Source of the DNA: Eledone cirrhosa
Taxonomy: Eukaryota
DNA length: 64,000 bases
Assembly (NCBI GenBank): GCA_964016885.1
Contig: OZ024740.1
Location: 214,768,001-214,832,000, forward strand
Direction of reading: 5' to 3'
Shown: piece by piece, positions 1-12,305 of the stretch
Position numbering within the stretch: the first letter of the stretch is position 1
Layout of the letters: each line of letters starts with the position of its first letter
Position numbers and translations under genes: made by a program
The notes under the pieces: model-generated
The model's input: only the letters and a program-made list of their open reading frames with translations
Told to the model about the DNA's origin: nothing
Database searches by the model: none

Positions 1-1778
1 GTCCCCAGTATTTGACCATTACTTAGTATAATACCACTAATGTCCCCAGTATTTGACCATTAGTATAATACCACTAATGTCCCCAGTATTTGACCATTAC
101 TTAGTATAATACCACTAATGTCCCCAGTATGTGACCATTACTTAGTATAATACCACTAATGTCCCCAGTATTTGACCATTACTTAGTATAATACCACTAA
201 TGTCCCCAGTATTTGACCATTACTTAGTATAATACCACTAATGTCCCCAGTATTTGACCATTACTTAGTATAATACCACTAATGTCCCCAGTATTTGACC
301 ATTACTTAGTATAATACCACTAATGTCCCCAGTATTTGACCATAATTATTATAATACCACTAATACCCCCAGTATTTGACCATTACTTAGTATAATACCA
401 CTAATGTCCCCAGTATTTGACCATTACTTAGTATATTACGACTAATGTCCCCAGTATGTCACCATTACTTAGTATATTACCACTAATGTCCCCAGTATTT
501 GACCATTACTTAGTATAATACCACTAATGTCCCCAGTATTTGACCATTACTTAGTATATTACCACTAATGTCCCCAGTATTTGACCATTACTTAGTATAA
601 TACCACTAATGTCCCCAGTATTTGACCATAATTATTATAAAACCACTAATGTCCCCAGTATTTGACCATAATTATTATAATACCACTAATATCCCCAGTA
701 TTTGACCATTACTTAGTATAATACCACTAATGTCCCCAGTATTTGACCATTACTTAGTATATTACGACTAATGTCCCCAGTATGTCACCATTACTTAGTA
801 TATTACCACTAATGTCCCCAGTATTTGACCATTACTTAGTATATTACCACTAATGTCCCCAGTATTTGACCATTACTTAGTATATTACCACTAATGTCCC
901 CAGTATTTGACCATTACTTAGTATATTACCACTAATGTCCCCAGTATTTGACCATTACTTAGTATATTACCACTAATGTCCCCAGTATTTGACCATTACT
1001 TAGTATAATACCACTAATGTCCCCAGTATTTGACCATAATTATTATAAAACCACTAATGTCCCCAGTATTTGACCATTACTTAGTATAATACCACTAATG
1101 TCCCCAGTATTTGACCATTAGTATAATACCACTAATGTCCCCAGTATTTGACCATTACTTAGTATAATACCACTAATGTCCCCAGTATTTGACCATTACT
1201 TAGTATAATACCACTAATGTCCCCAGTATTTGACCATTAGTATAATACCACTAATGTCCCCAGTATTTGACCATTACTTAGTATAATACCACTAATGTCC
1301 CCAGTATTTGACCATTACTTAGTATAATACCACTAATGTCCCCAGTATTTGACCATTACTTAGTATATTACCACTAATGTCCCCAGTATGTGACCATTAC
1401 TTAGTATAATACCACTAATGTCCCCAGTATTTGACCATTAGTATAATACCACTAATGTCCCCAGTATTTGACCATTACTTAGTATAATACCACTAATGTC
1501 CCCAGTATTTGACCATTACTTAGTATATTACCACTAATGTCCCCAGTATTTGACCATTAGTATATTATAATACCACTAATGTCCCCAGTATTTGACCATT
1601 ACTTAGTATAATACCACTAATGTCCCCAGTATTTAACCATTACTTAGTATAATACCACTAATGTCCCCAGTATTTGACCATTACTTAGTATAATACCACT
1701 AATGTCCCCAGTATTTGACCATTACTTAGTATAATACCACTAATGTCCCCAGTATTTGACCATAATTATTATAAAACC
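1..1778. repeat. Tandem satellite, 41-bp unit (GTCCCCAGTATTTGACCATTACTTAGTATAATACCACTAAT) with 37-bp deletion variants, ~43 copies, running off the left edge
   Basis: Unit read directly; near-identical copies. Confidence 0.97.
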
Positions 1779-2046
1779 AGTAATAATAATAAACAAAACA
1801 AGACCAGCAACTCACGAAACTCCATTATACAACTGACATTGAGAAAAGATTCCAAACTGTATTTACAGAAAATATTAGTCACATATATTTGTGCAGCCAA
1901 CTATATTCCCCCCATATTGATAACAATAGCCTATATGTCTATATACATGTCAATATTATATGATAAAAATAAACTCCTTCATTTTACATTTCTTATACAT
2001 TGAGTACTTTCTAATCGATATTGGACACTCACATGTATGTGTGTTC

Positions 2047-2127
<81 letters not shown>

Positions 2128-2247
2128 TATGTGTATGTGTGTGTGTGAGTCAATCCGGGGGTAACCACAGTTAGTAAGGTACACGATATATTAGTAGAGA
2201 GTGAACATCATGTTTAATATAGAAATAGCTTCAAAAGAAATCATCGG

Positions 2248-2299
2248 AGCTTTCCTGATGATTTCTTTTGAATGAAACAGTTCTTGTCATGTAGAAGCT
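2248..2299 (+). ncRNA. Type-I hammerhead ribozyme motif, somewhat decayed, in an imperfect palindrome
   Basis: AGCTTTC-CTGATGA(2255)-stem II TTC/GAA-GAAAC(2274)...GTA-GAAGCT; same family as 46600. Confidence 0.6.
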
Positions 2300-2636
2300 A
2301 TTTCTATAATAAGCCATTTCCTGTAGAAGCTATTTCTATATTAAACTTTATATATATATATATATATATATAAGAACATTCTCGCTCTAGATGACTGAAT
2401 ACAATAAATGTAATCTGAGTTTTTGAATATTAATAATAACGTTCGATTCGTTTGCAATTATGCAAACAAGCCTCAATTTTATAGCCATGAAATGTAACTA
2501 TCGCAAAATGGAACCGGATATTTGTGTTTATATTGCCAAACTAAAATAATAATCATAAGTGTTTATACATCAGACACTGTGTCAACAGATACGAAATTAA
2601 AAATATTTTCAAATTCGTATAGAAGTTTATTTAAGA

Positions 2637-2930
2637 CGGTAAATTTGCAGTCATTAGAAGGTCGGTTAGAACGCTCTGTGGAATTCGTTTTGGCTTTCTA
2701 CGCTCTGAGTTCAAATCCCGCCGAGGTCAACTTTGCTTTTCATCCTTTCGAGGTTGATAAGAAAAAATACCAGTCTAGTTCTGGAGTCGATTCTTCCTCT
2801 ATAAATGTCTTTCTCACTTCCATTCTCTCACTTTTTCTATTCTTCAATTGAAGAAATCTGCTGTATTCAGACCAGGAGAGGAGATGGACTCTGCCAGGTT
2901 TTAAAAAATGCCTTTGAAATGCCGTTTCAT
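2637..2930 (+). mobile_element. tRNA-derived SINE, long-tail subfamily
   Basis: B-box GAGTTCAAATCC, body CGCCGAGGTCAACTTTGC, tail GTATTCAGACCAGGAGAGGAGATGGACTC shared with 8296, 12517, 32030, 47131, 50777. Confidence 0.9.
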
Positions 2931-3098
2931 ACATAAGTATGTATGTTTAAGTTCTTATCCATCTTATGACCGAATACCAATTATAAGTCTTTGTATTTAG
3001 ACTTTAGATATGTGAGGCTTCACTTAAATATTGTTGATATTTAACTCTAAAAGTTAGCTTTCATTGAATAGAACTGTCATTAAATGTATTCTCTCCAA

Positions 3099-3291
3099 GG
3101 GCGGTGGATTGGCAGTATCGGTAGAGGGTCGGACGCTATGCTTTACAGCAAAAAGAGTTACGTCCCTTTATGATCTGAGTTCAAATCCCGCCGAGGTTAA
3201 CTTTGCCTTTCATCCTTACGGGGTCGATAAAATAAAATAACAATAATGTACTTGGTATTTGCTGGCCTTGTGCCAAAAATAGAAACAATTA
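3099..3291 (+). mobile_element. tRNA-derived SINE, short-tail subfamily
   Basis: A-box TGGCAGTATCGG, B-box GAGTTCAAATCC, 3' end CTGGCCTTGTGCCAAAAATAGAAACAATTA. Confidence 0.92.
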
Positions 3292-3342
3292 AATGTATTC
3301 TCTCCATTATAATATCAGTCTTTTTTTTTTCTTCAGGGTGTT

Positions 3343-3666
3343 CAAGGGTCAGTTGACTAAGATACTCTCATGGAATGACCAAATGAGATTTATTTTTTTA
3401 CATAGTCACTTGAAAGAAACAATGCAGTTATTAATAAGAGTTGAAATTAATGCATGCTAGATTTCACAGCTCTAGCATCACTTCTTCATAGGCTGACTAA
3501 CATACTCTCATGGAATGACCAAATGACGTTTATTTTTCAACATAGTCCCTGGAAAGAAACAATGCAGTTATTAATAAGTAGATTTGAAATTAATGTATGC
3601 AAGATTTCACAGCTCTAGCATCACTCCTTCATAATCAGTCTATGAACTTTTCAGCTGACCCTCATA
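3343..3666 (-). mobile_element. Tc1/mariner-type MITE with 2 internal ~141-bp tandem units; left TIR partly deleted
   Basis: Reverse complement of 7090-7571; right TIR TCAGTCTATGAACTTTTCAGCTGACCCTCATA. Confidence 0.75.
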
Positions 3667-3795
3667 AGTGATAGGGAGCGGGGTGCAGGATGGAGTTCGA
3701 TGTCCAAAGAGATGCAACATTGGTTGAGAAAGATTATTCATTGAGTTTTACAGTGTGAAAGAAAAGTTGTGAGGAATGGCGTGAGAAAATAATGC

Positions 3796-3900
3796 GTTTG
3801 TGTGTGTGGGTGCGTGTTTTTGCGCGTGTGTGTTGTGTGTGTGTGCGTGCGCGCGCAAGTGTGTGTGTGTGTGTGTGCGCGCATGTGTGCGTGCATGCGC

Positions 3901-3938
<38 letters not shown>

Positions 3939-4295
3939 TATATATCTGCAATATGCACAATATATCTGCTGCATACATTTGAAAAAGTTCTAGTGATGTG
4001 AGGAAATAATGAAACTGGGAGCAGATGGAAACGATGTCATTTATCTGTTAATATTGTTAGTGAGGGTGGTGAGAACGGTGAGGTGGTGGATTGGCAGAGT
4101 CGTTAGTGTGTGTATGTGTGTGTGTGGGGGGGGGGTATGTGTTTGTGTATGTGTGTGTGTTTGTTTGTGTGTGTGTGTGTATGTGTGTGTGTGTGTGTGT
4201 GTGTCGGCATTGGATTGACAGAGTCGGTAGAGTGTGTATTTGTGTGTGTGTGTGTGTGTGTTTGTGTATGATGTGTGTGTGTGTATGTGTGTGTA

Positions 4296-4326
<31 letters not shown>

Positions 4327-4755
4327 ATGTCGGCATTGGATTGACAGAGTCGGTAGAGTGTGTCTGTGTGTGTTTGTGTGTGTATGTGTGTGTGTATATG
4401 TGTGTTTGTGTGTGTGTTTGTGTGTGTGTTTGTATGTGTGTGTGTGTTTGTGTGTGTGTGTTTGTGTGTGTGTGTGTTTGTGTGTGCATGTGTGTGTGTA
4501 TGTGTGTGTTTGTGTGTCTGTGTGTGTGTGTGTATGTATGTGTGTGTGTGTGTGTGTGCGTGTGTGTGTCTGTGTGTGTTTGTGTATGTTTGTGCGTGTA
4601 TGTGTTTGTGTATGTGTGTGTTTGTTTGTGTGTGTGTATGTGTGTGTGTGCATGTGTGTGGTGTGCACGCGTGTGTATGTATATGTGTGTATGTGTGAGT
4701 GTGTGTGTGTCGGGATGGGATTGACAGAATCGATAGAGCGAGTGTGTGTGTGTAT
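3796..4755. repeat. Compound (TG)n microsatellite interrupted by SINE-head fragments (GGATTGACAGAGTCGGTAGAG)
   Basis: Direct reading; heads near 4088, 4211, 4338, 4718. Confidence 0.9.
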
Positions 4756-4756
4756 A

Positions 4757-5495
4757 ATAATTGTTTCTACTTTAGGCACAAGGCCAGCAATTATTCCAGT
4801 ACATTACTGGTACTTTATTTTATCGACCCCGTAAGGATGAAAGGCAAAGTCAACCTCGGCGAGATTTGAACTCAGACTGTAAAGGGACGTAACTATGCTA
4901 GAAAGCATGGCGTCCAACCCTCTACCGATACTGCCAATCCACCGTATAATAATGATTATTATTGGCAGTAGTCGGTAGAGCGTTGAACAACATAGTTTAT
5001 GACATAGAGTTACGACCCTTTATATTCTGAGTTCAAATCCCACCGAGGCTAGTTTTGACTTTCATCTTTACGAGGTCTATAAAATAAATTACCAGTAACG
5101 TACTAGGGTCAATTTAATCGACTTTCCCCTCTCCAAAATTATGCCCTTGCCATTCTGAATTCAAATCCCGCCGAGGTTAACTTTGCCTTTCATCCTTATG
5201 AGGTCGATAAAATAAAGTACCAGTAATACACTGGTTAATTGCTGGCCTTGTGCCAAAAGTAGAAACAATTATTACATGTCAACGTAGGGCGGTAGATTGG
5301 CAGTATCGGTAGAGCGTCGGACACCCTGCTTCGCAGTACAGAGTTACGGCCCTTTATGATCTGAGTTCAAATCTCGCCGAGATTAACTTTGCCTTTCATC
5401 CTTACGGGGTCGATAAAATAAAGTACCAGTTACGCACTGGCGTCGATTTAATCGACTTTCCCTTCCCCAAAATTGCCTATATAAGAAACAATTAT
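4757..5495. mobile_element. Cluster of four SINE copies: one minus (4757-4943) head-to-head with three plus copies (4960-5150, 5153-5272, 5287-5495)
   Basis: Repeated B-box and body on both strands. Confidence 0.9.
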
Positions 5496-5751
5496 TACAT
5501 GTCAACGTGACAGTTGTCAATCATTGTGAGAGAACACTTGCTAACTCAGCTGTAGGTGTGTCTTAACGTTCTAATAGAGTTTAGAAATAGCAACTGAAAA
5601 GTCAGCGATTTCGACATTTTTGTTTTCATTGACGTTCTTTTTACTCGTTTGTTTTTGTTGTGTGCATTGCTGGGATAGTTAGAGTAGAAGAAGCCGAGCA
5701 CGTTTATGTGTTTTTGTTATTGTATGAAATATTATTTGGAATGGCCTCGTG

Positions 5752-5817
<66 letters not shown>

Positions 5818-6802
5818 TTATTTATTTTATGTATTTTTTTAACGTTTTTACTTCGTTTTTCATCGTGATATGCCTGTAGTGAGGTGTTTGTGACAGGCTA
5901 AGTTTAATCATGACAACCTATAGCATTGCACTTTGGTTCGAGCGTATATCGGTCGTAGCGTTTGGAGTGTGCAGAGTTAACGACACTTTGACGGCTAACA
6001 GACGCCAGGGATGTCCACCTGCTTGGAAGGAAAAGGTCGACAGGAAGCACATTGCTGCCGACAAGCGTCACTGGAGATTCAATCTGGTCGGTCAGTCCAC
6101 CAACCTATGTTACGTACACGTGCCGATTCCCGTTCCCCATATTTTACATGACTATTCTCCTCGGAATCACAGTAACTGATAGCCTGATGTTAGCAAATTT
6201 AAACTTATCCGGATAGTCTCCATCCGAACCAAAGCTTTACAAGTATGTCTTTCTAAAGCTGTAACTGTGAATGGACCCCCCGTTAGCATTAACAAAATGC
6301 CTGATATCCATTACATCGACGCCAGCTGATAGTTAAAATCAGCCAATCACTACAGATAGGTTAGATTGGTGCTAATACAGAGCAGATTTCATTTCATAAA
6401 ATGACTTGCAGTTTTTAACGACAGGATATAGCATTCCAAATACCAGAGCCGACATATCTGTCACAGATTCAGTCGAGTTAATTGCAGACATTCTAATGTT
6501 TCCGACGATATGCAACCTCGTTAACTTCTGTTTGTGTTTTACATCTTTATTTTTACCTAAACTGCTTTTTTTTTTGTAAACCAGGCTCTGATAGAAGGGG
6601 TCAAGGTTTAAGAAATGGGTGCAGGATATTTAACCTTAGTTCAGAAAAACAATGTTTTATGGATGACCTTTTGAAGTTATAAGATTAAATACTTGTAATA
6701 TACTAAAATACTTAGTATCATAGTTGTTGTTTAACCCTAGGTAAGATCTGATTGAGAAAACCTATAACTAAAGATTTTCTATCCAGGACAATTCCGCCTT
6801 TC

Positions 6803-6968
6803 GCTCGGGCACGCCATGCTTTGCAGCGAAGAGTTATGGCCCTTTGTGGTCTGAGTTCAAATCCCGCCGAGGTTAACTTTGCCTTTCATCCTTACGGGGT
6901 CGATAAAATAAAATACCAGTAATACACTGAGATAATTGCTGTCCATGTGCCAAAAGTAGAAACAATTA
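6803..6968 (+). mobile_element. SINE, 5'-truncated, inserted within an older interspersed repeat (6725-7075)
   Basis: B-box, body and 3' end; host repeat also seen near 29640-29830 and 30830-30955. Confidence 0.85.
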
Positions 6969-7089
6969 TGTATTTAAGACCACATTGTCCAATATCACCC
7001 CATTTTTAATACGACACGGTTTAATTTGAAGGAAATTAAGCTTCTATTTACAGCAGATCGAACAACATTGAGGATCTGTTATCAACGTT

Positions 7090-7571
7090 CGAGGGTGGCT
7101 GAAGAGTTCTTAAGCTGAATATGAAGGAGTGAAGCTAGAGCTGTGAAATCTTGCATGCATTAATTTCAACACTTCTTATTAATAACTGCATTGTTTCTTT
7201 CCAAGGACTATGGTGAAAAATAAACCTCATTTGGTCATTCTATGAGAGTATCTTGGTCAGCCTATGAAGGAGTGAAGCTAAAGCTATGAAATCTTGCATG
7301 TATTAATTGCATCTCTTATTAATAACTGCATTGTTTCTTTCCAGGGAATATGTTGAAAAATAAACCCCATTTGGTCATTCCATGAGAGTATCTTGTTCAG
7401 TCTATGAAGGAGTGAAGCTAGAGCTGTCAAATCTTGCATGCATTAATTTCAACTCTTCTTATTAAATACTGCATTGTTTCGTTCCAGGGACAATGTTGAA
7501 AAATAAACCCCATTTAGTCATTCCATAGGAGTATCTTGGTCAGCTTATGAACTTTTCAGCCGACCTTCATA
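7090..7571 (+). mobile_element. Tc1/mariner-type MITE with 3 internal ~141-bp tandem units
   Basis: ~30-bp TIRs CGAGGGTGGCTGAAGAGTTCTTAAGCTGA / TCAGCTTATGAACTTTTCAGCCGACCTTCATA; units start at 7120, 7263, 7403. Confidence 0.8.
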
Positions 7572-7827
7572 GCTTTATTTGCTAACTCAATAATATCAGG
7601 GTAGGTGTTATACCCAGTGGAGCTACTGAATGAACTCTTACATTTCTATAACTCAACTATCTCTATTGTATAAAACTGTTTGCAATATTAAATATATTAG
7701 CAGCAATACCCAATGTTGCCCAGGAACGAAAAACTATTTTTAAATGCTTATATGATGTATAAGGATGAACATATTTAAAAGAAAATTACAATTGTCAATG
7801 GAAAAATTAAGTATTATTTGATAAATA

Positions 7828-8610
7828 GTGGTGAATTGACAGAGTCGTTAGAACGTCGGATAGAATGGCAGAGTCGTTAGAACGTCAGATAGAATTGCAG
7901 AGTCGTTAGAACGTCAGATAGAATTGCAGAGTCGTTACAACGTCAGATAGAATGGCAGAGTCGTTAGAACGTCGGATAGAATGGCAGTCGTTAGAACGTC
8001 AGATAGAATGGCAGAGTCGTTAGAACGTCAGATAGAATGGCAGAGTCGTTATAACGTCAGATAGAATGGCAGAGTCGTTAGAACGTCGGATAGAATGGCA
8101 GAGTCATTAGAACGTCAGATGGAATGGCAGAGTCATTAGAACGTCAGATAGAATGGCAGAGTCATTAAAACGTCAGATAGAATGGCAGAGTCGTTAGAAC
8201 GTCAGATAGAATGGCAGTCATTAGAACGTCAGATGGAATGGCAGAGTCATTAGAACGTCAGATAGAATGGCAGAGTCATTAAAACGTCAGATAGAATGGC
8301 AGAGTCGTTAGATCGTCAGATAGAATGCTTTGTGGTATTCGTTTCAGCTTTCTGCTCTCTGAATTCAAATCCTGCCGAGGTCAACTTTGCATTTCATCCA
8401 TTCAAGGTTGATAAAAAAAGTACCAGTCTAGTACTGGGGTTATTACTTCCTTTATATCCCTTTCTCACTTTTATTCTCTCATTTTCTATCTTTCTCTGGA
8501 AGAAATCAACTGTATTCAGACCTGTAGAAGAGATGGACTCCGCCAGGATTAAAAAATGCCCAAGGAACACCGTATGTCAATACGGTGCTCCTATGTCTCC
8601 CCACAAGAGT
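7828..8610 (+). mobile_element. SINE whose 29-bp A-box segment (GATAGAATGGCAGAGTCGTTAGAACGTCA) is amplified ~17 times (7836-8325)
   Basis: Array starts with the normal SINE 5' end and runs into a normal B-box, body and tail. Confidence 0.92.
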
Positions 8611-9012
8611 CACGTGATAAAGAAAGGGAAAGAAATTATAATACTGAAATTTGATAGAGATGAGATGATCAAGAGGATATATATTGGACTACCTTCCTAT
8701 GGATTATGAGTTGAAATACTCTCCTGATATTTCGATGTATTTCTAGACAGAACACTGTATCATACATTGGTTTGCTAACCGTTATGAATATCTCCCGGAT
8801 CAATCCAGTTTAGAAGTCACAAATCGTTTCATTTCATCTTGCCAGTGGATCTGAAATGTGTCTGACTGTGAATAATGGTTGATTTGCAACAGTTTATTCC
8901 ATGTTACCTATTTCAATTGCCGGACAGGTGGCCTTCTTCTGCTACGATGTGTTCTTATTTGGAATCCAAGTTATAAAAACTACTTCGCTTTCGTATGCAC
9001 CGGCAATAATTA

Positions 9013-9378
9013 CTCTCGGGTCCCAAATAATAGGTGGGTGGAATAAGGGGATGGAAAATCGGTAATCTTTCTAGGTTGTCTCTCTTGATTTTTTTAAAAA
9101 CCAGAATTAGTCGTTTAGTTTACATATTCAGACCCCCCCCCCCCAGCCTATCTTATTTATTTTATAACATATGGGATTTCTTGTCATGTATAACGTTTTT
9201 TAATGTCTACAGAAAATTAATTATCACACGAATCCTACCACTTAAAATAAAATTTAGCTGGAGATAGATTAATAAAATTTAATAAGTGGGGGTGGGTTGG
9301 GATAGGAACGGAGATGATTGGAAAACATCGGAAACGTTAATAAATAGAGGGGGGTGACGATTATTCGAGAGCTGAGAG
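9013..9378. mobile_element. pogo/Tigger-like MITE
   Basis: TA|CTCTCGGGTCCCAAATAAT ... ATTATTCGAGAGCTGAGAG|TA; imperfect TIRs with TA duplication. Confidence 0.7.
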
Positions 9379-10074
9379 TACAACTTTAACAATATAGTTT
9401 ATGAATTATAACACGAGTTTCATTCTACTCTGGCAAATTATAGCGTTGTAACGTAAACATTAATTATCAGTCTATGTAGAGAAATCATACGAGATGATCA
9501 GGTTTTTTACTAACAATATATTTGAGAAAGATGTATCTCCATAATTATCCAGGAGAAAGAAGTTATTTTTAGAACATTTGCCAGTAACCAAGCATAGAAT
9601 ATTTATGTACACGACGTTACCCTGGAACAAACTTTGGTTCAGTTTCCCTTGGGAATGAGTTCAGCTAACAAAAGATTATTGTTTATTGGTTTACTAACAA
9701 GTAGTTATTTTTATCACTGAACATTCTAACGTTAGGCTATTTTTACTGCATTTTTGGAAGGGAATTATCTGCATCTGTTGCAGATGCACAATAATGTTTT
9801 TCCAATTTACATATTTGCAAAAAATAAAAAAAAACAATTCAAGTATGGACAGAGCATCATCATGGTTATCATAAAACTAAAGTTGGGAAACAAAGTTGGA
9901 CTAAAAGTTAATAAATGATGGAGCAATTATAAACTGAAAGAGTCGGAGACAAAAGTACTTAAAATTGCTTGGGGGAGAATTATAGACTCACCCCTAGAAT
10001 TTAATCCTAGAATATCGAATGATAGGTTTTTTTCTTATTGTTTTTTTGCTCTCGTTTCTTTTACTTCTCTAATG

Positions 10075-10480
10075 CTCAAGAGCAGACATCATGTCCGCCA
10101 TCAAGTCCTTCCCAGCTAGCAGCAGCGGAGGTGATGATGGAGTCCGACCAGGCAACCTCAAGGAGTTGCTAATCCCCCTCTCCGCAGAGACCGGACTCCG
10201 CCTTCTGAGTTCAATTGTGGCACTCACCAATAGGCTCATCGATGGCACCCTGGACCCTCACGCCCGAGGCCCCTTTTTTTCGGCTAGCTCACCGCTCTCA
10301 GGAAGAAAGAGGGTGGCATACGCACCATCGCTGTGGGCAATGTCTTCCGGAGGTTGGCTGCCAAGGGGGTCTGCAGGTTCATAACACCCGAACTCGGTGA
10401 GGAGTTCAGTCCTGTACAACTGGGTGTCGGCGTGTCCGGTGGTTGAGAGGGGGCCGCACATGCAACCAGGCAGTTCTTCA
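10075..10480 (+). pseudogene. CRE-clade-like non-LTR reverse transcriptase fragment
   Basis: AIKSFPASSSGGDDGVRPGNLKELL, then after a frameshift near 10275 LTALRKKEGGIRTIAVGNVFRRLAAK...PVQLGVGVSGG*EGAAHATR. Confidence 0.85.
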
Positions 10481-10899
10481 TAATACCAATATACTAGTAT
10501 ACAAATATACTAGTGCACGTGTATATTCAACAGTGAAAATAACAAATAATACGGTAAGTAGAGTTATAAGATTATTGGATTATTTTTACTTTCTTTTTAT
10601 TTCTTTTACTGTTCATGTGTCTGGTGTTTCTGCTATATGGCATAAATGAAGGAGAAAATTGAATATTCCCCAGAAAGCTTCTTTGCTAACGTCAGATAAC
10701 AAAGTGGGAATGGTCTTTATTTAATTATTTTGGTGTCCACGTCTGACAATTTATATTTTCATGTTTGACCATGTCTTCTTTTTTAGTTTTTATTATCAAA
10801 TTTTACTTAGTTGCTATATACAATAATTATTTAGGTCTTGAAGATCTTTGATGGAAGAAGATATTAAGAAAGCTCTCAACTTCACAAAGGGTATGTCCT

Positions 10900-11196
10900 C
10901 TCAAAGAATAATTACTCTTGTAATCTTCTACTAAAGGATTATTTTCTCTGGCGATGATAAATTCCTTTTCTTTCAGGAATCGACGAAGATAAATTTTAAT
11001 GCATTTTCTTTCATCTGCCGATGTAGAATTATCAACATTCTCCCGGTCACCGGGGATAGTGTCAGAGAGAACAATATTTAATAACTCAGAATTAATATCT
11101 CTTACTTCAGCACATAGGTGGCGTATTGGCAGAGCCGTTAGAAGGTCCATACATACATCCACTTCAGCACATATGAGGTTGTCAAACTCTCTTACC
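10900..11196 (-). pseudogene. Decayed Helitron Rep-domain fragment
   Basis: With the 57-bp insertion removed: FDNLICAEVRDINSELLNIVLSDTIPGDRENVDNSTSADERKCIKIYLRRFLKE, resembling the Helitron IDxxISAEIPD..L..IV...MIHGPCG....SPCM..GKCxKxYPR.F motif. Confidence 0.65.
11117..11160 (+). mobile_element. 44-bp mini-SINE (head fused to tail) with a 13-bp target-site duplication
   Basis: TSD ACTTCAGCACATA at 11104-11116 and 11161-11173; insert is the SINE head plus the GGTCCATACATACA terminus. Confidence 0.85.
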
Positions 11197-11428
11197 TATT
11201 TTATACATCAAGACATATGAGGAGAAATCAGTCAGAGGAGAAAGGCGGCCACAATAACTCTATTTCAGAGCTTTCGAGAATTGTGAGGGGTGAGGGAAGA
11301 TGTTATCCTTAGTTTTCCGAGAACCTGAGCCGAAGTTTTGTTTATCGATTGCATTATTGCATTATGAGTAAAATATTCCGTGAAATCCAGTGTTTCGTGA
11401 AGGGAAATTGTTGGGTAGGTGTTATTTT

Positions 11429-12031
11429 TTAGACATGTACCAGCGTTCACCCAGGAATTCTATTTATTAAATTTTTTTTTTAAATTAAATCAGTTAAGTT
11501 TTCATAATTAATTAGGAATAATGAAAAAAGAGGGAAGGGGTAAAGAAGGGCAGAGATGGCTGTGTAGAAAAGTAAAGGAAAAGACTATGAATGCCATAAA
11601 TGAGAGGAAACGGAGAGAAAGTGCAAGGACTATTAGCCACGGGAGAAAGAGAGGGCCAAGGGGAGCAGGTGACAGACTCTATGTCTAGGTCGGGGCGGAG
11701 TTACGGCTGCGCCCCGCTGACAAAACAACAAAGGCATTTCCTCGGACAATTGCCAGTGACACCCGCTGCAACAGTAACCCCACCTCGTAGGGCTCCTTCC
11801 TCAGACGGGCTGCTGATGTTCCGATTTTACGGAGGAGCTCGGTTGTACGGGGTCTGAGAACCTGACTGAAGATTTCGAAACGTTTTACTACTCCAGGAGA
11901 GGCATTCTGTTAGTTGACTTTAAACCGCTAGCTTCGGACATTCTACAAAGACCACCTTAGTTCCTTCACCCCCAGTCCACGTGTATGGGTGGGACAGACG
12001 GCATGAAGACTCCAGAAATAGAAATATGGAT
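11429..12031 (-). mobile_element. Probable non-autonomous Helitron; partial second copy at ~48215-48505
   Basis: Decayed hairpin plus CTA terminus near 11430-11456; GACAGACGG motif at the other end; internal segment repeated at 48215. Confidence 0.5.
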
Positions 12032-12305
12032 CGATATAACCTCATACCTCATTCGCTTCCAAGTGGCATGGATTTTGTCTAATCGGACAAAGGAAACAAT
12101 GTTTCTATTGGTCTTTCCATTGCTGATACTATCTACCAGTTGCAACTCTTGGCAGAAAAAGCATCGTGAAATAAAGTGTCTTGTTCAAGGACATAACACA
12201 TCCCACGATTGCGAATCCAACTCTCTAGCCATTAAGCCCCATACCTTCACTCACAATATTTCGCCTAAATCATCGTCCACATATTGGTTCTAACATATAA
12301 CTAGT

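Noticed and set aside
8640-9000. Possible exon in a unique stretch
   Set aside because: Stops in the frames examined on both strands; no recognisable motif
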